DNA from: Chitinophagaceae bacterium | GTDB taxonomy: Bacteria; Bacteroidota; Bacteroidia; Chitinophagales; Chitinophagaceae | Reading direction: 5' to 3' | Length of the DNA stretch: 64,000 nt | Assembly: GCA_947456825.1 (NCBI GenBank) | Contig: CANGTM010000002.1 | Location: 5,236-69,235 of the forward strand | Shown here: positions 9,996-19,165 of the stretch, piece by piece | How positions within the stretch are numbered: the stretch's first letter is position 1 | Layout of the letters: the number at the start of each line of letters is the position of its first letter | Made by a program: the position numbers and the translations under genes | Notes under the pieces: generated by a model | Seen by the model: only the letters and a program-made list of their open reading frames with translations | Told to the model about the DNA's origin: nothing | Database searches by the model: none

Positions 9996-12473
9996 TTAGT
10001 TTTTGACCGCGGTAACTCTACTTGTTTTGTAGGCCATAAAAAATCCGGCCAGTATCACTAGGGCGATCAACACCGACGACCCATACATTAGTGTGGTTCC
10101 GGTCTTGACAGATTCGGGTTCAAAAATAAATTCCAGTTTGTGCTGTCCGGCGGGAACCAGCAATCCTCTCAATACATAATTTACATTCACATAGTCGGTC
10201 TTTTTTCCGTCTACATACGCGTTCCATCCCTTGGGGTAGTAGATCTCGCTAAATACAGCGAAACGAGGTTTATTTCCGGTCGTTTCATAGATAAGGGTAT
10301 CGTTATCGAACTTCGTAAGGGTAAGCGTGGCACTACTATCACGCTCAAATTTAGTAGCGGTAATACCGGCCGTTTTCTCTGCTAGGGCGACATGACGAAG
10401 ATCGGTCTCTCCCAGTTGTTGCAGGGTTGCCGCGCGGTCGTTGGTCAATACTAGGCTATCCACCAGCCAGCAGCTGCCATAGGCCGAATCGCGGTTACTG
10501 ATCAGTGAGGGCTGGTTGGCTGAGGGGTCGTTGACGATCACATAACGCGTATTCAGCATGTTCATGACGGTAGGGTTCACACCACCGGTAAAATACTTTT
10601 CGATCAGATCTTGATAGATCCTGAGCTTGGCCGCATGGTAACCACCCACCGAGCGATGGTGATAAGAAGTAAGGGCATCATTGAAGGTGCTTGTGCTCAG
10701 GTTGAGTACACGGTAATGTGCATCACGGTCTTTTAAGATCTCTTGATCGATAGGAGTGGGGGCAAAGTTCTTTTGTTGATACTCATCGGCCGAAACGTAA
10801 CTTTCGTTAGGTAAATAATCTTTACTGGTCAGGGTCAACTCGGCGGTAGAGACCACGATCAATAAGGCCAAGGCCCAGAACTTTCCCAAGTGATTTTTTA
10901 AATAGGCCCAAGCAATTCCAAGTAAAGCCAGGGTAAGTAGCAGGGCCCTGAGTACGGCGCTGCCGAACATGGCTTGTCTCTCTTGTTTCATACTGCCGAC
11001 GATCACTCTGGCGAATTCATCAGAGCCGTTCTTGTCGGTATAGCCAGCCAAGATCTGTGCATCAATGGGAGCTCCATAGTCTTGCAATAGCCAGTATATG
11101 ATCAAGAGCCCAAACAAGCCGCCCAATGGGGCCAGTACTTTTTTTGATAGCAGGTCCGACGCGCTCCATCCTCCACTGGTAAGTTGTGAAAGTCCCAGTA
11201 CGGCGGCAACGGACAGTGTAATTTGTGGAATTACCTGTGCCATTGAGGGTGCTCTAAATTTGTTGAACAAGGGTAAATACTCGAACATCAACATATTGAA
11301 GACTGCAAAATTTTTACCCCACGAAATAAAAAGCCCGATCAGTGTTGCGGCCAATAGCCCCCAGCGTAAAGGTCCCTTTGAGAATAAAAATCCTAGAACG
11401 GCTAGCACGACCAGAAGCACACCCAGATAAGCCGGGCCGGCGGTGTAGGGTAATCCGCCCCAGTATTGGGGTAAGCCCTGTGCCAGTTGTTCCGCATTGG
11501 CCTGATCGATCCCTTTTTCCATCAGATCGTTGGCCACTTGCGAGCCTTCTTCGAAACGGCGGCTGTGTCCGCCTCCAAAGGCATTGGGCAGCAGCAGCGT
11601 AAAACTCTCTTTCGGGGCCAGTGAATATTCAAATGCATACGAGGTGTCCAATCCTTTCGTTTGGGTAGTAGTTACTTTTCCACTTTCATCGATAGAGAGG
11701 TCCTTGCCTCCGCGCATGGTATAGCGACTGTACTCAGCGCTGGTGAGCAGAATAAGTGCGTTGCCTCCAATGGCAAGCAGCGCTGCACTCAAGCTAATGG
11801 CGAGTGACAGCAGCAGGTGTTTCCACTCTTTATTACGGATCCACTCAATGCCATAGGTGACTGAGATGAGCAGGGCGATCAGAAAAAAGTAATAGGTGAT
11901 CTGCAGATGATTGGCGGCGATCAGTGAATAGGCACCCAGCGTGGACAGGCTCATCCCGATCCAATATTTCTTGTGAAAGGTGAGCAAGAGCCCTGCCAGC
12001 AATAGCGGTAAAAAAGCTGTTGCGATCATTTGTGTGTCATGCCCGGCCGCGATTATGACCGGATTGTAGGTAGAGAAGGCATATCCTGTCGCCACCAGTG
12101 TAGCTACCATCGGTCCAGCTCCCAGGGTAAGTGCTAAGAGATAAAAGCAGACACAGGCTAGAAAGAAGAAGTTCATGGGTTTGGGAAGCCCCAGCATAAA
12201 GATCTCTGTCAGATTTGGCAAGATGGATTTTCCTTCCATGGCTACCTGGTAATTGGGCATGCCGCTAAATAGCGACGGATTCCAAAGCGGAAAATGCCCT
12301 TTCGCTTCTTTGTACTCGAACGAGTTTTGAGCCATTCCCTTCCAACTTACATTGTCGTGTTGGTCCAGTTCATTGCCCTGTAGGGCAGGCCAACAGAATA
12401 ATGCAGCTACCAGCATAAAGAAAGCAATGGCCGCCACGTGGGGTAGGGCCTTTTTAAGTAAGGCATTTTGCAT
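9996..12473 (-). CDS. YfhO-family polytopic membrane protein (predicted GT-C glycosyltransferase)
   Basis: WNPSLFSGMPNYQ, many TM segments, YWGGLPYTAGPAYLG, FNKFRAPSM, SVGGYHAAKL and VFSEIYYPKGW...NYVLRG. Start reset to ATG 12473 because the ORF-track extension overlaps yhhQ. Confidence 0.88.
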   Translation of the reverse strand: MQNALLKKALPHVAAIAFFMLVAALFCWPALQGNELDQHDNVSWKGMAQNSFEYKEAKGHFPLWNPSLFSGMPNYQVAMEGKSILPNLTEIFMLGLPKPMNFFFLACVCFYLLALTLGAGPMVATLVATGYAFSTYNPVIIAAGHDTQMIATAFLPLLLAGLLLTFHKKYWIGMSLSTLGAYSLIAANHLQITYYFFLIALLISVTYGIEWIRNKEWKHLLLSLAISLSAALLAIGGNALILLTSAEYSRYTMRGGKDLSIDESGKVTTTQTKGLDTSYAFEYSLAPKESFTLLLPNAFGGGHSRRFEEGSQVANDLMEKGIDQANAEQLAQGLPQYWGGLPYTAGPAYLGVLLVVLAVLGFLFSKGPLRWGLLAATLIGLFISWGKNFAVFNMLMFEYLPLFNKFRAPSMAQVIPQITLSVAAVLGLSQLTSGGWSASDLLSKKVLAPLGGLFGLLIIYWLLQDYGAPIDAQILAGYTDKNGSDEFARVIVGSMKQERQAMFGSAVLRALLLTLALLGIAWAYLKNHLGKFWALALLIVVSTAELTLTSKDYLPNESYVSADEYQQKNFAPTPIDQEILKDRDAHYRVLNLSTSTFNDALTSYHHRSVGGYHAAKLRIYQDLIEKYFTGGVNPTVMNMLNTRYVIVNDPSANQPSLISNRDSAYGSCWLVDSLVLTNDRAATLQQLGETDLRHVALAEKTAGITATKFERDSSATLTLTKFDNDTLIYETTGNKPRFAVFSEIYYPKGWNAYVDGKKTDYVNVNYVLRGLLVPAGQHKLEFIFEPESVKTGTTLMYGSSVLIALVILAGFFMAYKTSRVTAVKN

Positions 12474-12531
12474 GGAGAAAAGATTTGAGCAACAAAATAA
12501 TGCTATTTTCATGGATAAGTAAAACCCCTGT

Positions 12532-13329
12532 ATGGTACAGTCTATCATGGCCAACAAGGCCAATCGTTTGTTTCTGATATTGGGTGGCTTTTTTATAGCC
12601 AATGCCTTGATCGCCGAGATCATCGGGGTCAAGATATTCTCGCTTGAGCAAACCCTGGGCTTGTCACCACTCTCGTTACGTATTTTGGGTAATGAGCTTT
12701 CCTTTAATTTGACGGCAGGGGTTCTGTTGTGGCCGGTAGTATTCATTATGACGGATCTGATCAATGAGTACTATGGTACCCGGGGCGTTCGCTTTTTGTC
12801 TTGGCTTACCGCCGGGTTGATCGCATTTGCATTTATTATTTTTATGGGAGCTATTCGGCTTTCTCCGGCCGCTTTTTTTGTGACAGGTAAACAGGGTAGC
12901 GGGGTGCCTGACATGCAACTGGCATATGCCAGTGTACTAGGGCAGGGTGGGTTTATTATTATCGGCTCGCTGACCGCTTTCTTATTAGGACAGCTGGTCG
13001 ATGTGATGGTCTTTCATCGAATAAAAAGGTTGACCGGTGAGCGATTTATCTGGTTGCGGGCCACCGGCTCAACGCTGGTTTCGCAGTTTTTGGACAGTTT
13101 CGTTGTTTTATTTATTGCCTTTTACATAGGTACCAGAGCCAACGCGCAGCCCGGTGATTTTACATGGCCCTTTAGTCTTTTTGTTGCCGTCGGCATCGTT
13201 AACTATTGCTACAAGTTCGCCGTAGCCATACTATTGACCCCGGTTATTTATTGGGTGCATGCACTCATCGAAAATTATCTTGGTCACGATTTGGCTACCT
13301 CCATGAAAAAGGAAGCCATGATCAGTTGA
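12532..13329 (+). CDS. yhhQ: Queuosine precursor transporter (YhhQ/QPTR, VUT family)
   Basis: GVLLWPVVFIMTDLINEYYG, GSLTAFLLGQLVDV and WLRATGSTLVSQFLDS signatures. Confidence 0.9.
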   Translation: MVQSIMANKANRLFLILGGFFIANALIAEIIGVKIFSLEQTLGLSPLSLRILGNELSFNLTAGVLLWPVVFIMTDLINEYYGTRGVRFLSWLTAGLIAFAFIIFMGAIRLSPAAFFVTGKQGSGVPDMQLAYASVLGQGGFIIIGSLTAFLLGQLVDVMVFHRIKRLTGERFIWLRATGSTLVSQFLDSFVVLFIAFYIGTRANAQPGDFTWPFSLFVAVGIVNYCYKFAVAILLTPVIYWVHALIENYLGHDLATSMKKEAMIS

Positions 13330-13795
13330 TGGGGAAGCGCTGTAGCAGCTGATCGGCCACTATCTTATCGATCGGCAAACTCATGATATCCGGGCCAAAT
13401 TCCTTGAAGTGAACAAAGCGAAAGGCCTCTGCTTGTTGGTGACGTTGGTAGAGCGCCAGTTCTCGTTCATCGAAATCAAAGGGCTTTTTCTTGAGGTCTA
13501 CCTTGAATTCTTCGAGCGGACGAACGGCATAGTAGATCGACACGATCTGGTGAGCCGGATTAAAAGCAGAAAGTTGAAAATAGTCTGTGGTATAGATGTG
13601 TTCCTCTACGGAAACGCGCAAGTTCATCTCCTCCAGAAACTCGCGGGCTAGGCAATCGCGGGTTCCTTCTCCAAATTGCAGTCCGCCACCCGGAAATTTG
13701 GTAAAGCGATCTGCTTTGATCCACTCATCGCTCACCAAAATACCTTTTGCAGGATCTTGCAAAATGCCATATACGCGAATAGTGAATTGTTTCAT
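13322..13795 (-). CDS. NUDIX hydrolase
   Basis: Nudix box GGGLQFGEGTRDCLAREFLEE. Confidence 0.88.
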   Translation of the reverse strand: MKQFTIRVYGILQDPAKGILVSDEWIKADRFTKFPGGGLQFGEGTRDCLAREFLEEMNLRVSVEEHIYTTDYFQLSAFNPAHQIVSIYYAVRPLEEFKVDLKKKPFDFDERELALYQRHQQAEAFRFVHFKEFGPDIMSLPIDKIVADQLLQRFPIN

Positions 13796-13797
13796 GT

Positions 13798-14592
13798 TCA
13801 AAATTGTTGCGGATCTAGGGTCGTTTCAAATATAAATAAAGCAGGTCCGCACAGCCAGATCGCGCTGTATCTTGCTTTTTCTTTTGCAAAACGTACCAGC
13901 AAATCTCCGCCTCTTGTTTGTACACAGATCAGTTGTTCTCCTTCGCGATCAGCCGCAAATACCAGGGCTGCGGCAACCGCTCCGGTTCCACACGAATAGG
14001 TCTCGTTCTCTACACCTCGTTCGTAGGTACGTACTCGAATTGTACCGGGGTCGTCGGTGCGTTGTACAAAATTTATGTTGATGCCTTTCTCGCGGTAGCG
14101 ATCACTGTTTCGGATAGAGCGTCCTACTTCTTCTACTGCGGTATTGTCAAGGTCCTCAACCGCTACGACCAGGTGAGGTGAGCCGGTATCTACAAAAACG
14201 GCATCATCGTGAGAAAGCAGGGTGGTTACAGACTGCATGAGTACCGATACGGTACCATCCTGATCGCGACGAGAGCGATGATCGCCATCGACCGCCGAAA
14301 AAATATATTCATCTTTAGCGATCCCCGCATAATGCGCAAATTGTGTAATGCAGCGAGCTCCGTTGCCACAAAAACTTCCGGGATGGCCATCTGCGTTAAA
14401 ATAGCGCATCGAAAAGTCTTTATCGGCTTCGGACTCCAGCAAAATGAGACCATCGGCACCAATGCCGAAGCGACGGTCGCAGAGGCGCTGTATTTGTGGG
14501 GCCGTTAGGTTAGTATATAGACCACTCCGGTTATCACCGATCAAAAAGTCATTGCCTGTGCCCTGATATTTATGGAACCAAAGGGTGCTCAT
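13798..14592 (-). CDS. dapF: Diaminopimelate epimerase
   Basis: FHKYQGTGNDF, CDRRFGIGADG, FCGNGARC, DTGSPH and RTYERGVENETYSCGTG, with both catalytic cysteines present. Confidence 0.97.
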   Translation of the reverse strand: MSTLWFHKYQGTGNDFLIGDNRSGLYTNLTAPQIQRLCDRRFGIGADGLILLESEADKDFSMRYFNADGHPGSFCGNGARCITQFAHYAGIAKDEYIFSAVDGDHRSRRDQDGTVSVLMQSVTTLLSHDDAVFVDTGSPHLVVAVEDLDNTAVEEVGRSIRNSDRYREKGININFVQRTDDPGTIRVRTYERGVENETYSCGTGAVAAALVFAADREGEQLICVQTRGGDLLVRFAKEKARYSAIWLCGPALFIFETTLDPQQF

Positions 14593-15467
14593 AGGTCATC
14601 TGCAAAGGTTTGCAGAAAGCGCTGGATAAGTTTTTCTACGGCCCCTTGCACATTTTGTGAGAAGGTTTGTGATACTCGGTTGGCGACTACAGCATTCAAT
14701 GCCAGACAATGATGACCTAACAACCGGCCTAGCCCATAGATGGCTGCCGTTTCCATTTCCATGTTGGTTATCCGGTGCATCCCATGGCGAAACTGGGTAA
14801 GGCTGTCGACGAACTGAGGATGCTTTAGCCCAAGTCGCACCACCCGGCCTTGCGGTCCATAGAAACCGGGTGCTGTAATGGTTATGCCATGGTGAAGGTC
14901 CTGAACAAACCAAGCGAGTAAGGAGGGAGCGGCACCACTGACATAAGGGAGGCCCGATAGGTGGTGAAATTGAGTTTGCGCACAGAAAGCATCCAGCAAG
15001 GTGGTTTCGTCGGTCGTGGGCTCCAGTTTGTAGTAGTGCAATAAATTATCGATGCCGAGCCCGTGCGTGGAGGCAACCAGCGAGTCGACGGGAATATCTT
15101 TTTGCAGCGATCCCGTTGTTCCGAGCCGAATGATCTTTAAGGCACTTAGCTCTTTTTTGGGGATTCTTGTGTCAAGGTCTATGTTTACCAGGGCATCGAG
15201 CTCGTTCATTACGATGTCGATGTTGTCGGGTCCGATGCCTGACGAAAGCACGGAGATCCTTTTTTGTCCGATTCGCCCGGTATGGGTAATAAATTCGCGG
15301 TGCGTTGTCTTGTATTCTATCTGGTCGAAATATTTACTCACCTCAGCGACACGTCCGGGATCTCCTACGGTAATGACGGTAGGGGCCAATTCCTCGGGGC
15401 GAAGATCGAGATGATATACGGCACCACGCGAATTGATAATTAGTTCAGAGGGGGCAATCGGCTTCAT
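14589..15467 (-). CDS. Nucleoside phosphorylase (uridine phosphorylase-like, PNP_UDP_1 fold)
   Basis: ELIINSRGAVYHLDL, ITVGDPGRV, GIGPDNIDIVMNELDAL, IRLGTTGSL and GFYGPQGR...NMEMET. Confidence 0.88.
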   Translation of the reverse strand: MKPIAPSELIINSRGAVYHLDLRPEELAPTVITVGDPGRVAEVSKYFDQIEYKTTHREFITHTGRIGQKRISVLSSGIGPDNIDIVMNELDALVNIDLDTRIPKKELSALKIIRLGTTGSLQKDIPVDSLVASTHGLGIDNLLHYYKLEPTTDETTLLDAFCAQTQFHHLSGLPYVSGAAPSLLAWFVQDLHHGITITAPGFYGPQGRVVRLGLKHPQFVDSLTQFRHGMHRITNMEMETAAIYGLGRLLGHHCLALNAVVANRVSQTFSQNVQGAVEKLIQRFLQTFADDL

Positions 15468-15508
15468 GGATGTCAAAAATAGTGCTTATTTTCGCAGCGT
15501 TTCTATCG

Positions 15509-15579
15509 GGTCCTGTGGCCGAGTGGCTAGGCAGAGCTCTGCAAAAGCTCCTACAGCGGTTCGAATCCGCTCGGGACCT
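15509..15579 (+). tRNA. tRNA-Cys (GCA); CCA not encoded
   Basis: Acceptor stem GGTCCTG/CGGGACC, anticodon arm GAGCT-CTGCAAA-AGCTC, T-arm AGCGG-TTCGAAT-CCGCT, U discriminator. Confidence 0.97.
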
Positions 15580-15584
15580 CCCTC

Positions 15585-15621
15585 AACCCCCGTCAACCCA
15601 TCGTTGGTGGGGGTTTGTTTT
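15585..15621 (+). terminator. Possible intrinsic terminator after tRNA-Cys
   Basis: AACCCCC.../GGGGGTT outer stem with an imperfect interior, followed by a T-rich run. Confidence 0.45.
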
Positions 15622-15661
15622 ATAGCGTCGTTTTTCTCGTTGTGCTGTACATTTGTACACT

Positions 15662-16021
15662 ATGCTGACCCAAGACGAAGAGAATTTTATCGTGTACTGG
15701 CAACAACATCGTCTGCAAAAGAAAAGATGGATCAAGCAACTAGCCGTGGGGCTGCCCATGGGTATGGCGCTTGTAATGGGTGTGGCTCTCAATTTGGTGT
15801 CGGGGTGGCACACAAGAGCACAGATGGTCATGTTCAGGGAAAGCGCCTCGTTGGTGATCGTATTGTTGATCGCTGCCTTGGCGATGGTCGTTTTTATGGT
15901 CGTGTTCTCCTCCCGTCATCGCTGGGACCAGCAAGAGCAGCGCTATCTTGAGTTCATGCAGCGAAAAGCCGCCCAGACCGGTCATTTAGAAAAGAAAGAA
16001 CAACCCTCCTCAACTATTTAA
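15662..16021 (+). CDS. Hypothetical small membrane protein (about 2 TM helices)
   Basis: ATG follows a TACATTTG promoter box; two hydrophobic stretches; 11 nt gap to the FKBP gene. Confidence 0.75.
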   Translation: MLTQDEENFIVYWQQHRLQKKRWIKQLAVGLPMGMALVMGVALNLVSGWHTRAQMVMFRESASLVIVLLIAALAMVVFMVVFSSRHRWDQQEQRYLEFMQRKAAQTGHLEKKEQPSSTI

Positions 16022-16032
16022 AATTTTTTTAT

Positions 16033-16512
16033 ATGAATACATTTCGCACTAGAGATTTCAGCTTTGTGTTAGGGGTAGCCTTACTCATGTTCTTTAGCGG
16101 GTGCGTAAAAGATAAGACCTGTGTGCCCAAGACGGTAGCCAGTGAGCAGGCCACTATGCAAGCCTATGCTACTGCCAACAACATGACCGTTCAGGCTCAT
16201 CCAAGTGGAATGCTTTATCAGATCGTGAGTCCTGGAAATGGGGCTACGCCCAATCTGGCCTCGAGAGTATCGGTTCGGTATACCGGTAAATTAATGAACG
16301 GCACCATTTTTGATTCCCGCACCACCACACCTGCTGAGTTCACGCTAGGACAAGTCATCACAGGATGGCAGATAGGGGTGCCCTTAATTCAAAAGGGAGG
16401 TACCGTACGGCTGATCATTCCTTCATCGCTTGCCTATGGTTGTACTGCCACAGGTCCTATTCCGGCCGATGCCGTGCTCTATTTTGAGATCGAATTGGTA
16501 GATGTAAGATAA
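16033..16512 (+). CDS. FKBP-type peptidyl-prolyl isomerase, lipoprotein
   Basis: Lipobox FSGC; VRYTGKLMNGTIFDS, VITGWQIG and LIIPSSLAYG...LYFEIELV. Confidence 0.93.
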   Translation: MNTFRTRDFSFVLGVALLMFFSGCVKDKTCVPKTVASEQATMQAYATANNMTVQAHPSGMLYQIVSPGNGATPNLASRVSVRYTGKLMNGTIFDSRTTTPAEFTLGQVITGWQIGVPLIQKGGTVRLIIPSSLAYGCTATGPIPADAVLYFEIELVDVR

Positions 16513-16515
16513 CGC

Positions 16516-17952
16516 ATGCCTCACGAAGCGATCTCCACCTTTGATATTTTCAAGATCGGCATTGGCCCTTCCAGTTCGCACACGCTGGGTCCTTGGCGAG
16601 CAGCTTTGCGCTTTGTTGAGGAGTTGCGTGGTGCCGGCGAACTTTTGCAGGTAACCTCCGTTCGCGTTTTATTATACGGCTCGTTGGCAAAGACAGGAAA
16701 GGGGCACGGCACCGATGTTGCCGTTCAGTTGGGTTTGTCCGGAGAGGACCCCGTGCACTTTCCTGTAGAGGAACTTCAAACTCGTCTTGCAACTATAGCC
16801 AGCATGGGTCGTCTTCTTTTGGGGGGCAGTCATGAAACCGTTTTTGATCCCAGAGAAGATATTGAGTTCTTGATCACCGAGACTCTTCCATTTCATTCCA
16901 ACGGTATTAGTTTTTTGGCTACCCTTTCTTCGGGAGCTAATCGGGCTGCTACCTTTTACTCTATCGGCGGCGGTTTTGTGGTCAAAGAAGGAGAAGGTTC
17001 TTCTTCGCAGCAGCTGGTCGATCTCTCATTTCCCATCAACGATGCGGCCGATCTGCAGCATTGGTGCATCAAGACAGGGTTGTCGATCCACGAGATCGTA
17101 TTGGAGAACGAGACTGCTTGGAGATCGGAGGCCGATACGCGCAACATGGGTATGCAGATATGGAATGTCATGCAGGATTGTATTTATCGGGGATGTCATA
17201 CGGCCGGCGTGTTGCCTGGCGGATTGGATGTCAATCGCAGAGCGGCCGATCTCAACAAGAAATTATTGGCCGCGCAGCCCGGTTATCAAGATAAAAAGAG
17301 TTGGATCGATGCCATACGGTCCGGTGGAAATGATTTTAAATACACGCTCGATTGGGTAAGTTGCTTCGCATTGGCGGTCAACGAAGAAAATGCAGCCTTT
17401 GGAAGGGTAGTGACGGCTCCCACCAATGGAGCAGCCGGGGTTATTCCGGCGGTATTGCAATATTTTATTTGTTTTTGCAATCGCGATAGTGATAGTGAAG
17501 AGAAGATCCTTTCTTTTCTTTTTACCGCTGCGCAGATCGGTACGCTATTTAAAAAAGGTGCCACACTTTCTGCTGCGATGGGAGGTTGCCAAGCCGAGAT
17601 CGGTGTCTCCTCCGCCATGGCTGCTGCCGGACTTACAGAGGCTATGGGCGGCACTCAGCGACAAGTGCTCATGGCCGCCGAGATCGCCATGGAGCATCAC
17701 CTGGGTCTCACCTGTGATCCTATAGGAGGATTGGTGCAGGTGCCTTGCATAGAACGTAATACGATGGGTGCCATTAAGGCGATTACAGCTTCACAGTTGG
17801 CTTTGCAAAGTGCACCCGACCTGGCCAAGGTATCTCTCGATGCTGTTATCAGAACCATGTGGGAGACCGCTCAAGATATGAATCACAAGTATAAGGAAAC
17901 GGCCGATGGCGGATTAGCCATCAATGTGCCGCTGAGTTTGCCTGAGTGCTAA
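16516..17952 (+). CDS. sdaA: L-serine ammonia-lyase (Fe-S dependent, single chain)
   Basis: [48 protein letters not shown] and [23 protein letters not shown]. Confidence 0.96.
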   Translation: MPHEAISTFDIFKIGIGPSSSHTLGPWRAALRFVEELRGAGELLQVTSVRVLLYGSLAKTGKGHGTDVAVQLGLSGEDPVHFPVEELQTRLATIASMGRLLLGGSHETVFDPREDIEFLITETLPFHSNGISFLATLSSGANRAATFYSIGGGFVVKEGEGSSSQQLVDLSFPINDAADLQHWCIKTGLSIHEIVLENETAWRSEADTRNMGMQIWNVMQDCIYRGCHTAGVLPGGLDVNRRAADLNKKLLAAQPGYQDKKSWIDAIRSGGNDFKYTLDWVSCFALAVNEENAAFGRVVTAPTNGAAGVIPAVLQYFICFCNRDSDSEEKILSFLFTAAQIGTLFKKGATLSAAMGGCQAEIGVSSAMAAAGLTEAMGGTQRQVLMAAEIAMEHHLGLTCDPIGGLVQVPCIERNTMGAIKAITASQLALQSAPDLAKVSLDAVIRTMWETAQDMNHKYKETADGGLAINVPLSLPEC

Positions 17953-19054
17953 AATCAGTTACTACATTGTAAAGGGTATCACGTTCGATCGGATCTCTTT
18001 TAGCTTGTCGGATCAAATGTACCAGTTGCTCGGTGGAGAGCGTAGGGTTTTGTTCCTCGGAGCCAGCCATGCTGTATATCTTGGTACTGTCATCGATGGT
18101 GCCATCAATGTCATCTACGCCAAACGATAACGATAGCTGCGCATTTTGTCTGCCCAGCATGGGCCAGTATGACTTTAGGTGAGAGAAATTATCGAGATAT
18201 ATGCGGGCAATGGCATATAGGCGCATGTCTTCGATGAGCGTGCTTTCCTTAACATGGCTCATGTCGTTATCCTTATTACGAAACTTGAGGGGTATGAATG
18301 TATTGAAGCCATGCGTCTGGTCTTGCAACTCCCGTAGTCTTCGCATGTGATCTATGCGATCTTCGAATGATTCTATATGCCCGTACAGCATGGTGGCGTT
18401 AGAGGGAAGTCCCATTTCATGGGCCGTACGGTGTATGGCCAGCCATCCTGCTGCATCCACTTTGTCGGCACAGATCTGCTGGCGGATTGCGGGTGCAAAG
18501 ATCTCGGCTCCGCCGCCGGGTATTGAATCAAGTCCGGCCTCCATCAATCTTTTTAATCCCTCTTGTACACTTACCTTGGCTTTTCTGAACATGTAGTCGT
18601 ACTCTACGGCCGTAAACGCTTTTATGTGTAAAGAGGGTCGGTGGGCTTTGATAGCTTGCAGCAGTTCGCTAAAAAAAGTAAGGTCCATCTTGGGATGCAC
18701 ACCCCCGACAATATGTACTTCGGTGACTGGTTTGCCATCGTATCGTTTAACAAGATGCAGCATTTGTTCGATGCTTAGTTCCCATCCTTCTTCTCGATTG
18801 GCGTATAAGCGGCTGTAGGCGCAGAACTGACAACTGAAGACGCACACATTGGTGGGTTCAATGTGAAAGTTTCTATTAAAGTAGACCTTGTCGCCATGCA
18901 GTCGCTCCTTGATGTTGTTGGCCAACGTGCCTACCAGCCCAAGACTTGCTTCTTTAAAGAGCGTAAGGCATTCATCGTCGGTGATGCGCTCACCGGCATT
19001 TACTTTTTCAGCAATGCGAGAGAGGTTGGTGGTTAGATGACGGTAGGGGGTCAT
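17921..19054 (-). CDS. mqnE: Aminofutalosine synthase MqnE (radical SAM)
   Basis: [17 protein letters not shown] (CxxxCxxC), [34 protein letters not shown] and [10 protein letters not shown], which is the MqnE-type rather than MqnC-type C-terminal motif. Confidence 0.88.
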   Translation of the reverse strand: MTPYRHLTTNLSRIAEKVNAGERITDDECLTLFKEASLGLVGTLANNIKERLHGDKVYFNRNFHIEPTNVCVFSCQFCAYSRLYANREEGWELSIEQMLHLVKRYDGKPVTEVHIVGGVHPKMDLTFFSELLQAIKAHRPSLHIKAFTAVEYDYMFRKAKVSVQEGLKRLMEAGLDSIPGGGAEIFAPAIRQQICADKVDAAGWLAIHRTAHEMGLPSNATMLYGHIESFEDRIDHMRRLRELQDQTHGFNTFIPLKFRNKDNDMSHVKESTLIEDMRLYAIARIYLDNFSHLKSYWPMLGRQNAQLSLSFGVDDIDGTIDDSTKIYSMAGSEEQNPTLSTEQLVHLIRQAKRDPIERDTLYNVVTDFSTQANSAAH

Positions 19055-19165
19055 GGTGGTACTATATCGAGGTGGCAAAGTTAAGTTGAATTCGGCAGGC
19101 GTATCTGTCTTGTTGATCGTTGGTTAAAAATTGCTATCTTTCGTTGACTAAAACCAGCGCTGTTT

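Noticed and set aside
12474-12531. preQ1 riboswitch upstream of yhhQ
   Set aside because: The region is 58 nt and lacks the preQ1-I stem, loop and A-rich tail pattern.
12474-12764. ORF-track N-terminal extension of YfhO (922 aa)
   Set aside because: It overlaps yhhQ on the opposite strand; family-like sequence begins at MQNALLKK (12473).
15433-15951. 172-aa ORF across tRNA-Cys
   Set aside because: Shadow ORF over a complete tRNA and a real CDS in another frame.
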